A DNA stretch of 32,000 nucleotides from Candidatus Arthromitus sp. SFB-rat-Yit (GTDB lineage: Bacteria; Bacillota; Clostridia; Clostridiales; Clostridiaceae). Below, piece by piece: positions 1-9,002 of the stretch (positions are counted from its first letter, which is position 1; every line of letters starts with the position of its first letter). Position numbers and translations under genes: made by a program. The stretch covers positions 1,110,001-1,142,000 of the forward strand of contig NC_016012.1 in NCBI RefSeq assembly GCF_000283555.1. Reading direction: 5' to 3'. The notes beneath the pieces were generated by a model that was not told the DNA's origin, searched no databases, and saw only the letters and a program-made list of their open reading frames with translations.

Positions 1-1002
1 ACCTCAAGGTTAAGTGATGCACCTATTGAAGAAAATGGATTTGATTCTACAGTTATTGATGAATATCAATTTTTAACTCATGAACTATTTCACTTATATC
101 ATCAAAAGAATATAGCTCTTCCAGATAATTCAAACAATTCAAGATCTCAAAAATATCCTATTGATTTTGAACCAAGACTTTATAGAAATATGATACATTA
201 TAATTTAGGAAATGCTGTTATAACAAATGATGATAATACAGCTAAAGAATTTATACAAAAAGCAGCTTACTGGTTCAACAAATGGAAAAATGAATATCCT
301 GATGAATTTTCTGCCATTGCATCCACAGATATATTTGAAGGAGTTGCAGAATATATAGGTAGACTTTCTAATCTTGCAGGTCAAGATACTATTACTAGGG
401 AAGATCTTTCTAAATTAATATCTATAGAATCTACTTTTTCAACTCTAGGATTGGATAGTTATGATTTAGGTTTTGTTACTTTATCAGCAATTGAAAGATT
501 TAAACCTGATTTTAAGGAAGATTTCTCAAAATCTAAAAAATCTCCAATAGAATACCTTTTAGAAAATGTTACTCCTATTGAAGATACACCAAATGAGCAA
601 TTATCAAACAAATTAAAACAAAATATTAATGAAATAAATGATACTTTAAATAAGTCACTTGAATATATTATTTCTTCGATAGATAATAAAAATATCCCTT
701 ACTTGAGAATGAAGTCAGAATATAGATCAGAATACGGCTTTTCTGCAGGTGGATTCTTTAATTATAACGGATATGAAATCTTACATGGACTTGATACAGA
801 ATTCATACAAGACTCATCAAATATTTTATATCTTAAAAATGTTAATACCTTTGAGGAAAATTCAGGTTTTATTTTAATCCCATTAACTGACAAATTTGAA
901 ATAAATGGAGACACAATGACTTTAACAGATCCTCAAATAAAAGGAACACTTAAGGTAACTACTTCTACCGAAGATGGAAGAACAATTTATACCGTAAAAT
1001 AA
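1..1002 (+). CDS. 5'-truncated CDS: HExxH metallopeptidase-like protein (MA-clan / Peptidase_MA_2-like pattern)
   Basis: Frame 1 is open from nt 1, with no stop before the track Met at 190, so the gene enters from the left edge. HELFH is encoded at 79-93. EGVAEY (Glu codon 337-339) lies 86 codons downstream, giving the HExxH...EGxAEY gluzincin-like pattern. Stop at 1000-1002 is followed by a long hairpin. Confidence 0.6.
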   Translation, partial: TSRLSDAPIEENGFDSTVIDEYQFLTHELFHLYHQKNIALPDNSNNSRSQKYPIDFEPRLYRNMIHYNLGNAVITNDDNTAKEFIQKAAYWFNKWKNEYPDEFSAIASTDIFEGVAEYIGRLSNLAGQDTITREDLSKLISIESTFSTLGLDSYDLGFVTLSAIERFKPDFKEDFSKSKKSPIEYLLENVTPIEDTPNEQLSNKLKQNINEINDTLNKSLEYIISSIDNKNIPYLRMKSEYRSEYGFSAGGFFNYNGYEILHGLDTEFIQDSSNILYLKNVNTFEENSGFILIPLTDKFEINGDTMTLTDPQIKGTLKVTTSTEDGRTIYTVK

Positions 1003-1043
1003 GAAAAGACTATTTACCAACAAATTTGGTAAATAGTCTTTTC
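1003..1043. terminator. 16-bp perfect hairpin between convergent genes
   Basis: GAAAAGACTATTTACC (1003-1018) pairs with GGTAAATAGTCTTTTC (1028-1043) around a 9-nt loop, directly after the stop codon. The U-tract is weak on the + strand. The reverse orientation is followed by TTATTTTAC. Confidence 0.5.
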
Positions 1044-1292
1044 TCATATAAAAATCAACTAAATAGTTTTATTCAAACAAAAAATATAATAACTTCATAA
1101 CGAAATTATTATATTTTTATAAATGCTATCTTAAGTTTATCATAAAAAATGGTGCTATCAATCAATAATATTACATCCTTAAAATTAAGAATATAATAAA
1201 ATTAATTAATATATTTTTTTAAAAGGAGTTCATTATTATTATTACCCCTTTATTAAAACTTATACATAAATAATTTTACATATCCCCTAACT

Positions 1293-4200
1293 TCAAATAC
1301 TAATCTTTATACTACTTCCACTATTTGAGTCTATCACTTCTATCTTAGATTTTATAAAATCCTTGAGTTCCTGAACGTGTGAAATTATTCCAATAAGTTT
1401 TGATTCATCATTAGCATCTATTAAACACTCTAGAGCATTTTGAAGTGAATCAGAATCCAAAGATCCAAATCCTTCATCAATAAATAATGTATCTATAGAA
1501 ACTCCTCCTGAATATCTTTGTACTACATCTGATAATCCTAATGCCAAAGCAAGTGAAGCCTGAAAGCTTTCCCCTCCTGAAACTGCATCAAGTCTTCTTT
1601 CTTGGGAAGTTTTATTATCAAATACGCTAATTTCTAATCCTTGTGGACTTCTCATATCTATACTCTCTTTTAGATGTCTAAACAAAAATCTTCCATTTGT
1701 CAACTTTAAAAGTCTTATGTTCGCAGCTTGTATTATTTCTTTAAAATAAATTCCAAGTATATATCTCTCAAAACTAATTTTATAACTATTATTCCCATTT
1801 GCAATTTTGTTTAGCTCATTTAAATTTGTCCTTAATTTTTCACGTTTCAAAATATCTTTATTTATCTCTAAGATGCTTCTATGTACATTTTCAAGCAAAG
1901 ATTTATTTTTATGGTATTTTATTTCGCACTCTTCAATTTCCTTTAAATTATTGGTTAAATCTTCTATATGCAAAAATAATTCATCTCTATTTTTATATGG
2001 TGCATTATCTAACCCTCTTTCAAGCTCTTTTATCTTTAATTTAATAGCTTTATATTCTTCTCTTTTATCTTCTATAAATTTATTTCGATTATTATAGTTG
2101 TCCTCTGTTATTTTGAATTTTTGGTACTCTTCTACGTCTTTAAATTCATTTGAATTTAAAGACTTTATAAATATTTTTTCATTCTCATCAATCTTAAAAT
2201 TCAAATCCTCTATATCTTTATTTTTTATATCTAATTTGGATTGAAGTTTTAAAATTTCATTGTTACATTTAGTTATGCTTGAATTTATAGTTTCTCTTTT
2301 ATTAATTAAACTTTCCAAATTCCCGATTGTCTGTTTTAAAATTTTTGAATAATCACTCACTGATAAAATATTGTATTTTAATAACCTCAATCTTTTATCA
2401 CTTAAAATTGTATTTAAAGCAGATACATCACTTCGTTTTTTAATATAAATTTTCTCATACTCATCAATATGTAATTTTACTTCTTTAATTTCACCCTCTA
2501 TATTTAAAATTTCATCCTGAGATTTTATGAACTTATCATATATACCTTTACTCTCTTTAAGCAAATTTTTAAGAAAAGCTAAACTAAATTCAACTTGTTC
2601 TATAGAATCTTTACATGATTCAAATTTTTCAAAATTTATAAATTTCCTTTCTTTATCTCGTTTTAAAATTTCATCATAGATTTCACTTATCTTATTAGCC
2701 TTTGAACTTACATCTTTGTTTAAATTAATCTTATCAGTTACTATCTTCTCTCTTTCCTTTTCTATCTTTGAAATTTCATCTCTTGATTTTTTAAAAGAAT
2801 CTTCGCTTATGTTGCTATCAATAAGAGTTGCTTTATTTGGATGAACTGTTGAACCACAAACAATACATGGCGATCCATCTTCAAGCTTTTTTGCAAGAAA
2901 TCCTGCCTGATTTCTAAAATAAATATCTTCAATTTTTGAAAGATCCCTTAACTTTTCTTCATACAAAGTAGAAATTTTATTGTACTCATCCTCGCATTTT
3001 TTACATTTATCAAGTAACTCGCCATATATTCCAAGCTCGCATTCATACTTGTAAAATCCTTCGTTTATTTCCTCTGTATTTAATAATTCTGTTTCAATAT
3101 GTACAATTTTATCTTTTACGTCCCTATTCTCAAGATTAAATTTTAACATTTCTTCATGTTTATTATTAAGAATATCTAATTTTGTTTTAAATAATTTCAC
3201 TTCGTCATCAATTGATGAAATTTCATTTTCTAAGTTTTTAATTTTATTTTCAAGATTTTCCTTTTCATTTACAGTATCCTTTAAAGATTCAATATCTATA
3301 ACCTTACTTCTTAATTTTTCAATCTCTTCATCATAAAATTTTATTTCTTCAAACTCCTTATTTAAAATTTCTAAATTCTTTTTATGATGATCTAAATCCG
3401 AAATTATCTTCTCCTTCTCTCCTGTATATCCACTCCTCGTTTCCTTAAAATTTTCCAAAATCCTCTCTTTGTCTCTTATTAAAAATGTCTTTTTTGCCTT
3501 ATTCAAAAATTCAACTTCATCTTTTAATGAACTTATATCAATTGACATCAATTCTCTATTTTTATCTACCAAAGAATTAATACTCTCAAGAAAATTATTG
3601 TTATTTGAAATTTTATTTTTGTAATCTTCCTTCCTTGGTTTCAACTCTTCTAACTTTTTCTCGTAATCTTCTATATCTTTACTTAAAATACTCAATATCT
3701 GATCTATCGTAAAATCATCATATGATATTTTATTTATTGAGTTAATCGATTCTAAAAATCCTCTTATTCTCTGATCAGAATTTTCAAATTTCTTTTCATA
3801 CTCAAGTGACTTCTCTTTTAAAATATTTTGAATATTTTTAAATTCCTCTGTATTAAATATATTTCTATATATACTCTCTCTCTTTTTTGAATCTGCAGAT
3901 ACAAGTTCCCTAAATTCTCCTTGAGCTATCATAACAATTTGTTTAAACTGAGAGCGATCAATTCCCAAAACTTCTTTAATTTTTTGATCAACATTTTTAA
4001 TTCCATTTATCAACTCATCCTCAACTATAATTTGTGCACTAGCCCTCTGCAAAACCTCCTTACTTCTTGAAATCTTATATTGTTCAGGAAATCTAGTTAT
4101 TGTATATTTCTTATTTCTATGAGAAAATTCAAATTCAACATATGTTACATCTTCTTTAGCTGCAAATTGACTTCTTAGAGTAGAAGCATCTCTATATTCA

Positions 4201-4373
4201 CCACTAGGTTGTCCAAATAAGGCATAACACATTGCATCAAATATCATTGTCTTCCCACTACCAGTATTTCCCGCAATTAAAAAAAGTCTATCTTCAAAAA
4301 ATTTACTAAAATCTATTGTTTCTTTTTCCTTATATGGTCCAAATGCTTGCATAGTGAGCTTTATTGGAATCAT
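1293..4373 (-). CDS. sbcC: SbcC/Rad50-family DNA repair ATPase (exonuclease SbcCD subunit C)
   Basis: N-terminal Walker A GNTGSGKT. Very long K/E/I-rich coiled coil. Central CxxC zinc hook (SPCIVCGS). C-terminal signature SGGESFQASLALALGL and Walker B LFIDEGFGSLD. AGGAGG SD lies 7 nt upstream of the ATG. The gene sits 12 nt after sbcD. Confidence 0.93.
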   Translation of the reverse strand: MIPIKLTMQAFGPYKEKETIDFSKFFEDRLFLIAGNTGSGKTMIFDAMCYALFGQPSGEYRDASTLRSQFAAKEDVTYVEFEFSHRNKKYTITRFPEQYKISRSKEVLQRASAQIIVEDELINGIKNVDQKIKEVLGIDRSQFKQIVMIAQGEFRELVSADSKKRESIYRNIFNTEEFKNIQNILKEKSLEYEKKFENSDQRIRGFLESINSINKISYDDFTIDQILSILSKDIEDYEKKLEELKPRKEDYKNKISNNNNFLESINSLVDKNRELMSIDISSLKDEVEFLNKAKKTFLIRDKERILENFKETRSGYTGEKEKIISDLDHHKKNLEILNKEFEEIKFYDEEIEKLRSKVIDIESLKDTVNEKENLENKIKNLENEISSIDDEVKLFKTKLDILNNKHEEMLKFNLENRDVKDKIVHIETELLNTEEINEGFYKYECELGIYGELLDKCKKCEDEYNKISTLYEEKLRDLSKIEDIYFRNQAGFLAKKLEDGSPCIVCGSTVHPNKATLIDSNISEDSFKKSRDEISKIEKEREKIVTDKINLNKDVSSKANKISEIYDEILKRDKERKFINFEKFESCKDSIEQVEFSLAFLKNLLKESKGIYDKFIKSQDEILNIEGEIKEVKLHIDEYEKIYIKKRSDVSALNTILSDKRLRLLKYNILSVSDYSKILKQTIGNLESLINKRETINSSITKCNNEILKLQSKLDIKNKDIEDLNFKIDENEKIFIKSLNSNEFKDVEEYQKFKITEDNYNNRNKFIEDKREEYKAIKLKIKELERGLDNAPYKNRDELFLHIEDLTNNLKEIEECEIKYHKNKSLLENVHRSILEINKDILKREKLRTNLNELNKIANGNNSYKISFERYILGIYFKEIIQAANIRLLKLTNGRFLFRHLKESIDMRSPQGLEISVFDNKTSQERRLDAVSGGESFQASLALALGLSDVVQRYSGGVSIDTLFIDEGFGSLDSDSLQNALECLIDANDESKLIGIISHVQELKDFIKSKIEVIDSNSGSSIKISI

Positions 4374-4385
4374 AAAATTATCCTC

Positions 4386-5546
4386 CTATTGATCTAAAGT
4401 ATTTACCTTTTCTATAACATCCTTTAAAATATCTTTTTGATCACAATTAAGTTCTTTATCCGTCATGCTTTTATAAAAAATTTCAAATAATTCAAAAGGA
4501 GATTTAACTGTAATATCTAAATTACTTATTTCTTCTTGATTACCATCATTAAAATTATTATCTTTAAACCTAATCTCCATAAAATTTTTATAAACTTTTT
4601 TAATTTTAGCTGCAGGATCGCTAATGCCAATAGAATCATGAAGTATTATCCTAAAATAGTCTTCAAGATCATAATCTTTATAAAACTCTTCACTTATAAG
4701 AGTATCAATATAACCTTCAATTTCCCTCATATTATGTTTAAGTTTAAGACCAATTTGATTTATTTTAATATCACCTTTTCCTCCTAAATCAACAATAGTC
4801 ACACTCTTTTTATGATTCATCTCCGAAAATGAATACTTAATTATAGATCCTGAATATCTTATATGATCTACAATAACTTTTTGATTCGCATGAAGATGTC
4901 CAAGTGCCACATAATCAAACTCTTTAAGTATCGATGCATCCATAACATCTTGTCCACCTATTGACAATCTCCTCTCAGAATCACTTTCAATCATTTTATC
5001 CCCATCTTTATTTGAAAAATATCCATGAGCTATGAATATATTTCTCTTACTATAATCAACATCCAGAGTTTTCATTATCTTAATTAATGCATCATTTGAA
5101 TTCTTTATAGATACATCATTAAACAAATGTTTTATATGTACTTCATCAAAATACGATATCGGATAAAAATTAACATCTCCAAACTCATCATTTAGAGATA
5201 TCTTATTAATATTTCCGTCAAATTTCCCTTCTATATAAATTCCTGAATCAATTAAAAATTCTTTTCCAAAAGATATTCTATCTGCACTATCATGATTTCC
5301 TGCTATCAAAATCACTTTAGCCCCACATTCATTTACAATTTTAACTAATACTTCATTTAAAAGTTTAATTGCATGAGTATCAACAATTGGTTTATCATAT
5401 AAATCTCCAGCAATAATCACAACATCAATTTTTTCTTGCTTTATAATCTCACAAATCTGATCCAAAACATATCTTTGATCATCTATCATATTAAAATCAT
5501 TAATCTTTTTACCTATATGCCAATCTGAAGTATGTAGTATTCTCAT
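4386..5546 (-). CDS. sbcD: SbcD/Mre11-family nuclease (exonuclease SbcCD subunit D)
   Basis: Calcineurin-like phosphoesterase motifs: MRILHTSDWHIG, GDLYD, GNHD and GHLH. The AGGAGG SD overlaps the cinA stop codon. Confidence 0.93.
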   Translation of the reverse strand: MRILHTSDWHIGKKINDFNMIDDQRYVLDQICEIIKQEKIDVVIIAGDLYDKPIVDTHAIKLLNEVLVKIVNECGAKVILIAGNHDSADRISFGKEFLIDSGIYIEGKFDGNINKISLNDEFGDVNFYPISYFDEVHIKHLFNDVSIKNSNDALIKIMKTLDVDYSKRNIFIAHGYFSNKDGDKMIESDSERRLSIGGQDVMDASILKEFDYVALGHLHANQKVIVDHIRYSGSIIKYSFSEMNHKKSVTIVDLGGKGDIKINQIGLKLKHNMREIEGYIDTLISEEFYKDYDLEDYFRIILHDSIGISDPAAKIKKVYKNFMEIRFKDNNFNDGNQEEISNLDITVKSPFELFEIFYKSMTDKELNCDQKDILKDVIEKVNTLDQ

Positions 5547-5555
5547 AATTTCCTC

Positions 5556-6800
5556 CTAAATTTTCATATTTTTCAAAATTTCATATGCAAAAACAAGAGC
5601 ATCAAAAGTTGCTCTCTCACGAATCCTCATTCTATCTCCTATGATATTTAGCTCTTTTACATAAACCTCTCCAAGAACACAAACAGCTATATAAACAACT
5701 CCAGGCTTCTTCCCTTCGCTCTCATTTGGACCTGCAACTCCTGTTGTTGAAATGCTCACTTGAGATGATGTTCTATTTAAAACACCGATAGCCATCTCTT
5801 TTGCTGTATCACTACTTACTGCACCAAATCTCTCAAGAGTTTCAAAATTTACAGAAAGATTTTTCATTTTAGATTCATTTGAGTAGGTAATAAATGATTC
5901 TTCAAAAAATTCAGATGCCCCACTAACATTTACAAATCTTGAAGAAAGCATTCCAGCTGTTAAAGATTCACCAAAAGAAATCTTAAAATTTCGTTTTTTA
6001 AGTTCCATATAAAGAAGTTCCTCTACGTTAACTTCTCCTTCTGCATATATAAATTTCCCAACTCTCTTATAAACCTCTTCCTTTAATTTCGATATAACAT
6101 CTCTTCCTTCCTCATCATTTCTACATTTAGTTGTAATCCTCAAAACTAAATCATCTTTTCCAACATAAGGTGCAAGGGTTTGAACACTATTTTCAAACAA
6201 ATCACTCAAAATCCCATTTATATCCCCCTCATTTGTCCCATACAATCTTAAAAATTCCGAATAATATTTACACTCAGATTTATTTTTCAAATATGGTTTT
6301 ACTAAATTGTTAAACATATCATAAAGTTCACTAGGAGGACCAGGAAGATTAATTACAATCTTATCCTCATTTTCTATTATAATTCCAGGTGCTGTTCCTT
6401 TTAAATTTTTCATAACTATTGATCCTTCCGGAACATATCCCTGTTTCAAATTTGCATCTGTAAGATTATCTCTAGAACTCTTAACAAACTTCTCAATATT
6501 TTTTAAACTCTCTTCATGAGATACAAGATTTAAATTAAAATATTTCGAAATACATTCTTTTGTTATATCGTCATCCGTTGGTCCAAGTCCACCAGATGTT
6601 ATTATCAAATTCATTCCTCTATTAAAAGAATTTTCTATCGCACGAGTAAGTCTTTCAAAATTATCTCCAACAACTGTATGGTAATAAACATCAATTCCAA
6701 TTTCTGCTAAAGATTTAGTAATAAAATGAGAATTAGTATTCACAATATCACCGAGTAAAAGTTCTGTACCGACACAAATAATTTCACATCTTAAATCCAT
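5556..6800 (-). CDS. cinA: CinA family protein (MoCF-type N-domain plus PncC-like nicotinamide-nucleotide amidohydrolase C-domain)
   Basis: N-terminus EIICVGTELLLGDIVNTNSHFI and GGLGPTDDDITKE are typical of CinA. The C-terminal half (ESLTAGMLSS...TGVAGP) is typical of the CinA_C/PncC domain. GGAGG SD lies 7 nt upstream. Confidence 0.9.
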   Translation of the reverse strand: MDLRCEIICVGTELLLGDIVNTNSHFITKSLAEIGIDVYYHTVVGDNFERLTRAIENSFNRGMNLIITSGGLGPTDDDITKECISKYFNLNLVSHEESLKNIEKFVKSSRDNLTDANLKQGYVPEGSIVMKNLKGTAPGIIIENEDKIVINLPGPPSELYDMFNNLVKPYLKNKSECKYYSEFLRLYGTNEGDINGILSDLFENSVQTLAPYVGKDDLVLRITTKCRNDEEGRDVISKLKEEVYKRVGKFIYAEGEVNVEELLYMELKKRNFKISFGESLTAGMLSSRFVNVSGASEFFEESFITYSNESKMKNLSVNFETLERFGAVSSDTAKEMAIGVLNRTSSQVSISTTGVAGPNESEGKKPGVVYIAVCVLGEVYVKELNIIGDRMRIRERATFDALVFAYEILKNMKI

Positions 6801-6829
6801 AATAATGCCTCCGAAAAAAATTTAATTTT

Positions 6830-6838
6830 ATTATATCA
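6830..6838 (-). promoter_or_regulatory. Candidate extended -10 promoter (TGaTATAAT) for cinA-sbcD-sbcC
   Basis: The minus strand reads TGATATAAT about 30 nt upstream of the cinA ATG, just downstream of the histidine kinase terminator. No good -35 was seen. Confidence 0.4.
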
Positions 6839-6851
6839 CTAAATTTAAATC

Positions 6852-6890
6852 AAAAAAAATAATGGCCTATAAAATAGACCATTATTTTTT
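6852..6890 (-). terminator. Rho-independent terminator of the two-component operon (flanked by A8/T6, possibly bidirectional)
   Basis: AATAATGGCCTAT (6858-6870) pairs with ATAGACCATTATT (6874-6886) with one mismatch. On the minus-strand RNA the hairpin is followed by U8. The histidine kinase stop codon (6882-6884) lies inside the stem. Confidence 0.6.
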
Positions 6891-8231
6891 AAACGAAACA
6901 ATAACTTCTGTAAAAAGACCAAATTCACTTATAATTTCTAATTCTCCCTGATAGAGCTTAACTAATTGAGCTGCTATAGATAATCCTATACCAAAACTAT
7001 TATTATATTTTCTTGATTCATCAACTCTATAAAATTTATCAGTAACCTTAAGGATATGTTCCTTTTTTATACCGATCCCATTATCCTTTATAGAGATATA
7101 AATTCTATTATTTTCTTCATACGATCTTATATTTATAAACTTCTTATCTTTATCACAATACTTTATTGCATTATCCACAAAAATTATCACAAGTTGTTTT
7201 AAATGTTCCCTTAAAATTTTTAAATAGATATTATTTGTCTTATCAAAATTAAATTCTATATCTTCAGACAAAATATCAAAACCATATATAACTTCTTCAA
7301 TAACCTGATTAACATCAATGTATTCATCAACCTTAAATGAAGAATGTGTTTCCATCTTATTTAAATTAAGGAGATCATTCACAAGTTTTATTAATCTTTC
7401 AAGTTCTTCAGATGCAATTTTAAGTGATTTATCTAAAGTTTCAGGATCATTTTTACCCCATCTATTCAACATCTGAAGATGTCCTTTAAGTATTGTAAGA
7501 GGAGTTCTAAGCTCATGTGAAGCATCGTGTACAAATTGTTTTTGCTGATTAAATAATTTTTCGAGTTCATCCATCATCGAGTTAAATACAATACCTATTT
7601 TATAAAACTCATCATTTCGATTTAATATTTCAACACGATTAGATATTCCCTTTTCCTTGACATTTTCCATTGTAACTTTTAAAAATTTAAGTCTATTCAC
7701 AAACTTTCTCGATACAAACATACCTGAAAGCAAACTTATTACCAAAATCATAATAATAAATACTATCAGCATCGGAATCAAGGTATCTAAAAAATCTTGA
7801 TAAATCTCAACTTCCTTTTCTATATAAACATAATAACTTTTCCCATTTAAATATAATGGAGTATTCAATATTACCTTTTCTTCACCATCTACTTTATGAA
7901 CATAATTCATTTTCTTAGTAGGTAACTTTCCATATAAAACAGCATTTGGAATATCATCTGTCGATATCAACATGTTTCTATCGGAATCATATATCCAAAA
8001 ATCAGCATCATTAAATTCAAAGAACTTAAGGTAATCTGCGTTCTCAATACTATGATAATAAAAAAATGACTCTATTTGCTCTAATGTATTTTTAACACTA
8101 TCTTTCTCATAATCAATTATCCAAACCCTAGTTATGAAAAACTGAAACACATAACTAATAGATATAATAAATACCATAATAGAAAATATCATCATGGACA
8201 TTTGCCAAAAAGTTGATAATCTATTTTTCAT
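6882..8231 (-). CDS. Sensor histidine kinase (2 TM segments, extracytoplasmic loop, HAMP, HisKA, HATPase_c)
   Basis: H-box HDASHELRTPLT, N-box DNAIKY, G1 DNGIGI, G2 GIGLSI. Hydrophobic segments near residues 12-35 and 150-172. The start lies 1 nt after the response regulator stop. Confidence 0.9.
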   Translation of the reverse strand: MKNRLSTFWQMSMMIFSIMVFIISISYVFQFFITRVWIIDYEKDSVKNTLEQIESFFYYHSIENADYLKFFEFNDADFWIYDSDRNMLISTDDIPNAVLYGKLPTKKMNYVHKVDGEEKVILNTPLYLNGKSYYVYIEKEVEIYQDFLDTLIPMLIVFIIMILVISLLSGMFVSRKFVNRLKFLKVTMENVKEKGISNRVEILNRNDEFYKIGIVFNSMMDELEKLFNQQKQFVHDASHELRTPLTILKGHLQMLNRWGKNDPETLDKSLKIASEELERLIKLVNDLLNLNKMETHSSFKVDEYIDVNQVIEEVIYGFDILSEDIEFNFDKTNNIYLKILREHLKQLVIIFVDNAIKYCDKDKKFINIRSYEENNRIYISIKDNGIGIKKEHILKVTDKFYRVDESRKYNNSFGIGLSIAAQLVKLYQGELEIISEFGLFTEVIVSFKK

Positions 8232-8232
8232 G

Positions 8233-8895
8233 TCATCTTACCACATATCCGATTCCACGAACAGTTTGAATATACTCATTATTATTTAATTTCGATCTTA
8301 AATGCCTTATGTAAACATCAACTACATTATTTTCCCCATCATAATCATATCCCCATATATTTTCTATCAAATAATCTCTCGACAAAACTTTATTTTTATT
8401 CTTTATAAGATACAATAAAAGTTCATACTCTTTTGTTGTTAAATTAATTTCTTCACCTGAACATTTAACAATTCTGGATTCTATATTAATCACAATATCT
8501 TTAAACTCAATGACATTTGATACTTCTTTAGAATTTTCTACACGTCTTAAGAGTGCTTCAATTCTTGCAAGAAGTTCCTCTATTGCAAATGGCTTTACTA
8601 AATAATCATCAGCACCCATCTGAAATCCTGAAACCTTATCCATAACACTATCTCTAGCTGTCAACATTATTATAGGAGTATTCTTACTTTTTCGGATTCT
8701 TCTACAAACCTCTAACCCGTTTAAATAAGGGATCATAAGATCTAAAATTATCAAATTAAAATTAGTATTTAATGCTTTTTCCAACCCTTCTTTACCATCA
8801 TAAGAATTTTCAACCTCATATCCTTCATATTCAAGCTCCATTTTCAAAAAAGAAGCTATATTCTTTTCATCTTCTATAACAAGAATCCTACACAT
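8233..8895 (-). CDS. OmpR/PhoB-family response regulator
   Basis: Receiver domain (ILVIEDE...DLMIP...KPF) plus winged-helix Trans_reg_C (LTTKEYELLLYL...RGIGY). The track start at 8901 is a GTG abutting the AGGAGGG SD. The ATG at 8895 has about 7-nt spacing and is preferred. Confidence 0.9.
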   Translation of the reverse strand: MCRILVIEDEKNIASFLKMELEYEGYEVENSYDGKEGLEKALNTNFNLIILDLMIPYLNGLEVCRRIRKSKNTPIIMLTARDSVMDKVSGFQMGADDYLVKPFAIEELLARIEALLRRVENSKEVSNVIEFKDIVINIESRIVKCSGEEINLTTKEYELLLYLIKNKNKVLSRDYLIENIWGYDYDGENNVVDVYIRHLRSKLNNNEYIQTVRGIGYVVR

Positions 8896-8925
8896 ATACA
8901 CCCTCCTAAACTTCTATTTCATTAT

Positions 8926-8954
8926 ATTATAACACATATAGATAACTTTATAAA
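8926..8954 (-). promoter_or_regulatory. Candidate sigma-A promoter of the two-component operon (TTTATA-N17-TGtTATAAT)
   Basis: Minus strand: -35 TTTATA (8949-8954), 17-nt spacer, extended -10 TGTTATAAT (8926-8934). It sits immediately downstream of the PepSY terminator. Confidence 0.45.
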
Positions 8955-8978
8955 AAAAGGTTAGCCTAAAGCTAACCC
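8951..8978 (-). terminator. Rho-independent terminator after PepSY paralog 1
   Basis: GGTTAGC (8959-8965) pairs with GCTAACC (8971-8977) around a 5-nt loop. The minus-strand RNA continues with U7. Confidence 0.65.
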
Positions 8979-9002
8979 CTAATAATCGTTTTATATCAAA
9001 TT

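Noticed and set aside
1084-1115. AT-only hairpin ATAATAACTTC/GAAATTATTAT as the sbcC terminator
   Set aside because: The stem is entirely A/T apart from one or two positions and contains a mismatch. It lies about 180 nt past the sbcC stop, so it is not distinguishable from background AT-rich self-complementarity.
1799-2097. Two plus-strand ORFs (81 and 96 aa) inside sbcC, and a similar one at 4536-4787 inside sbcD
   Set aside because: They are antisense to genes with unambiguous family motifs. Their products are low-complexity F/L/I/S-rich, as expected from reading an AT-rich K/E/I-rich gene backwards. They have no SD.
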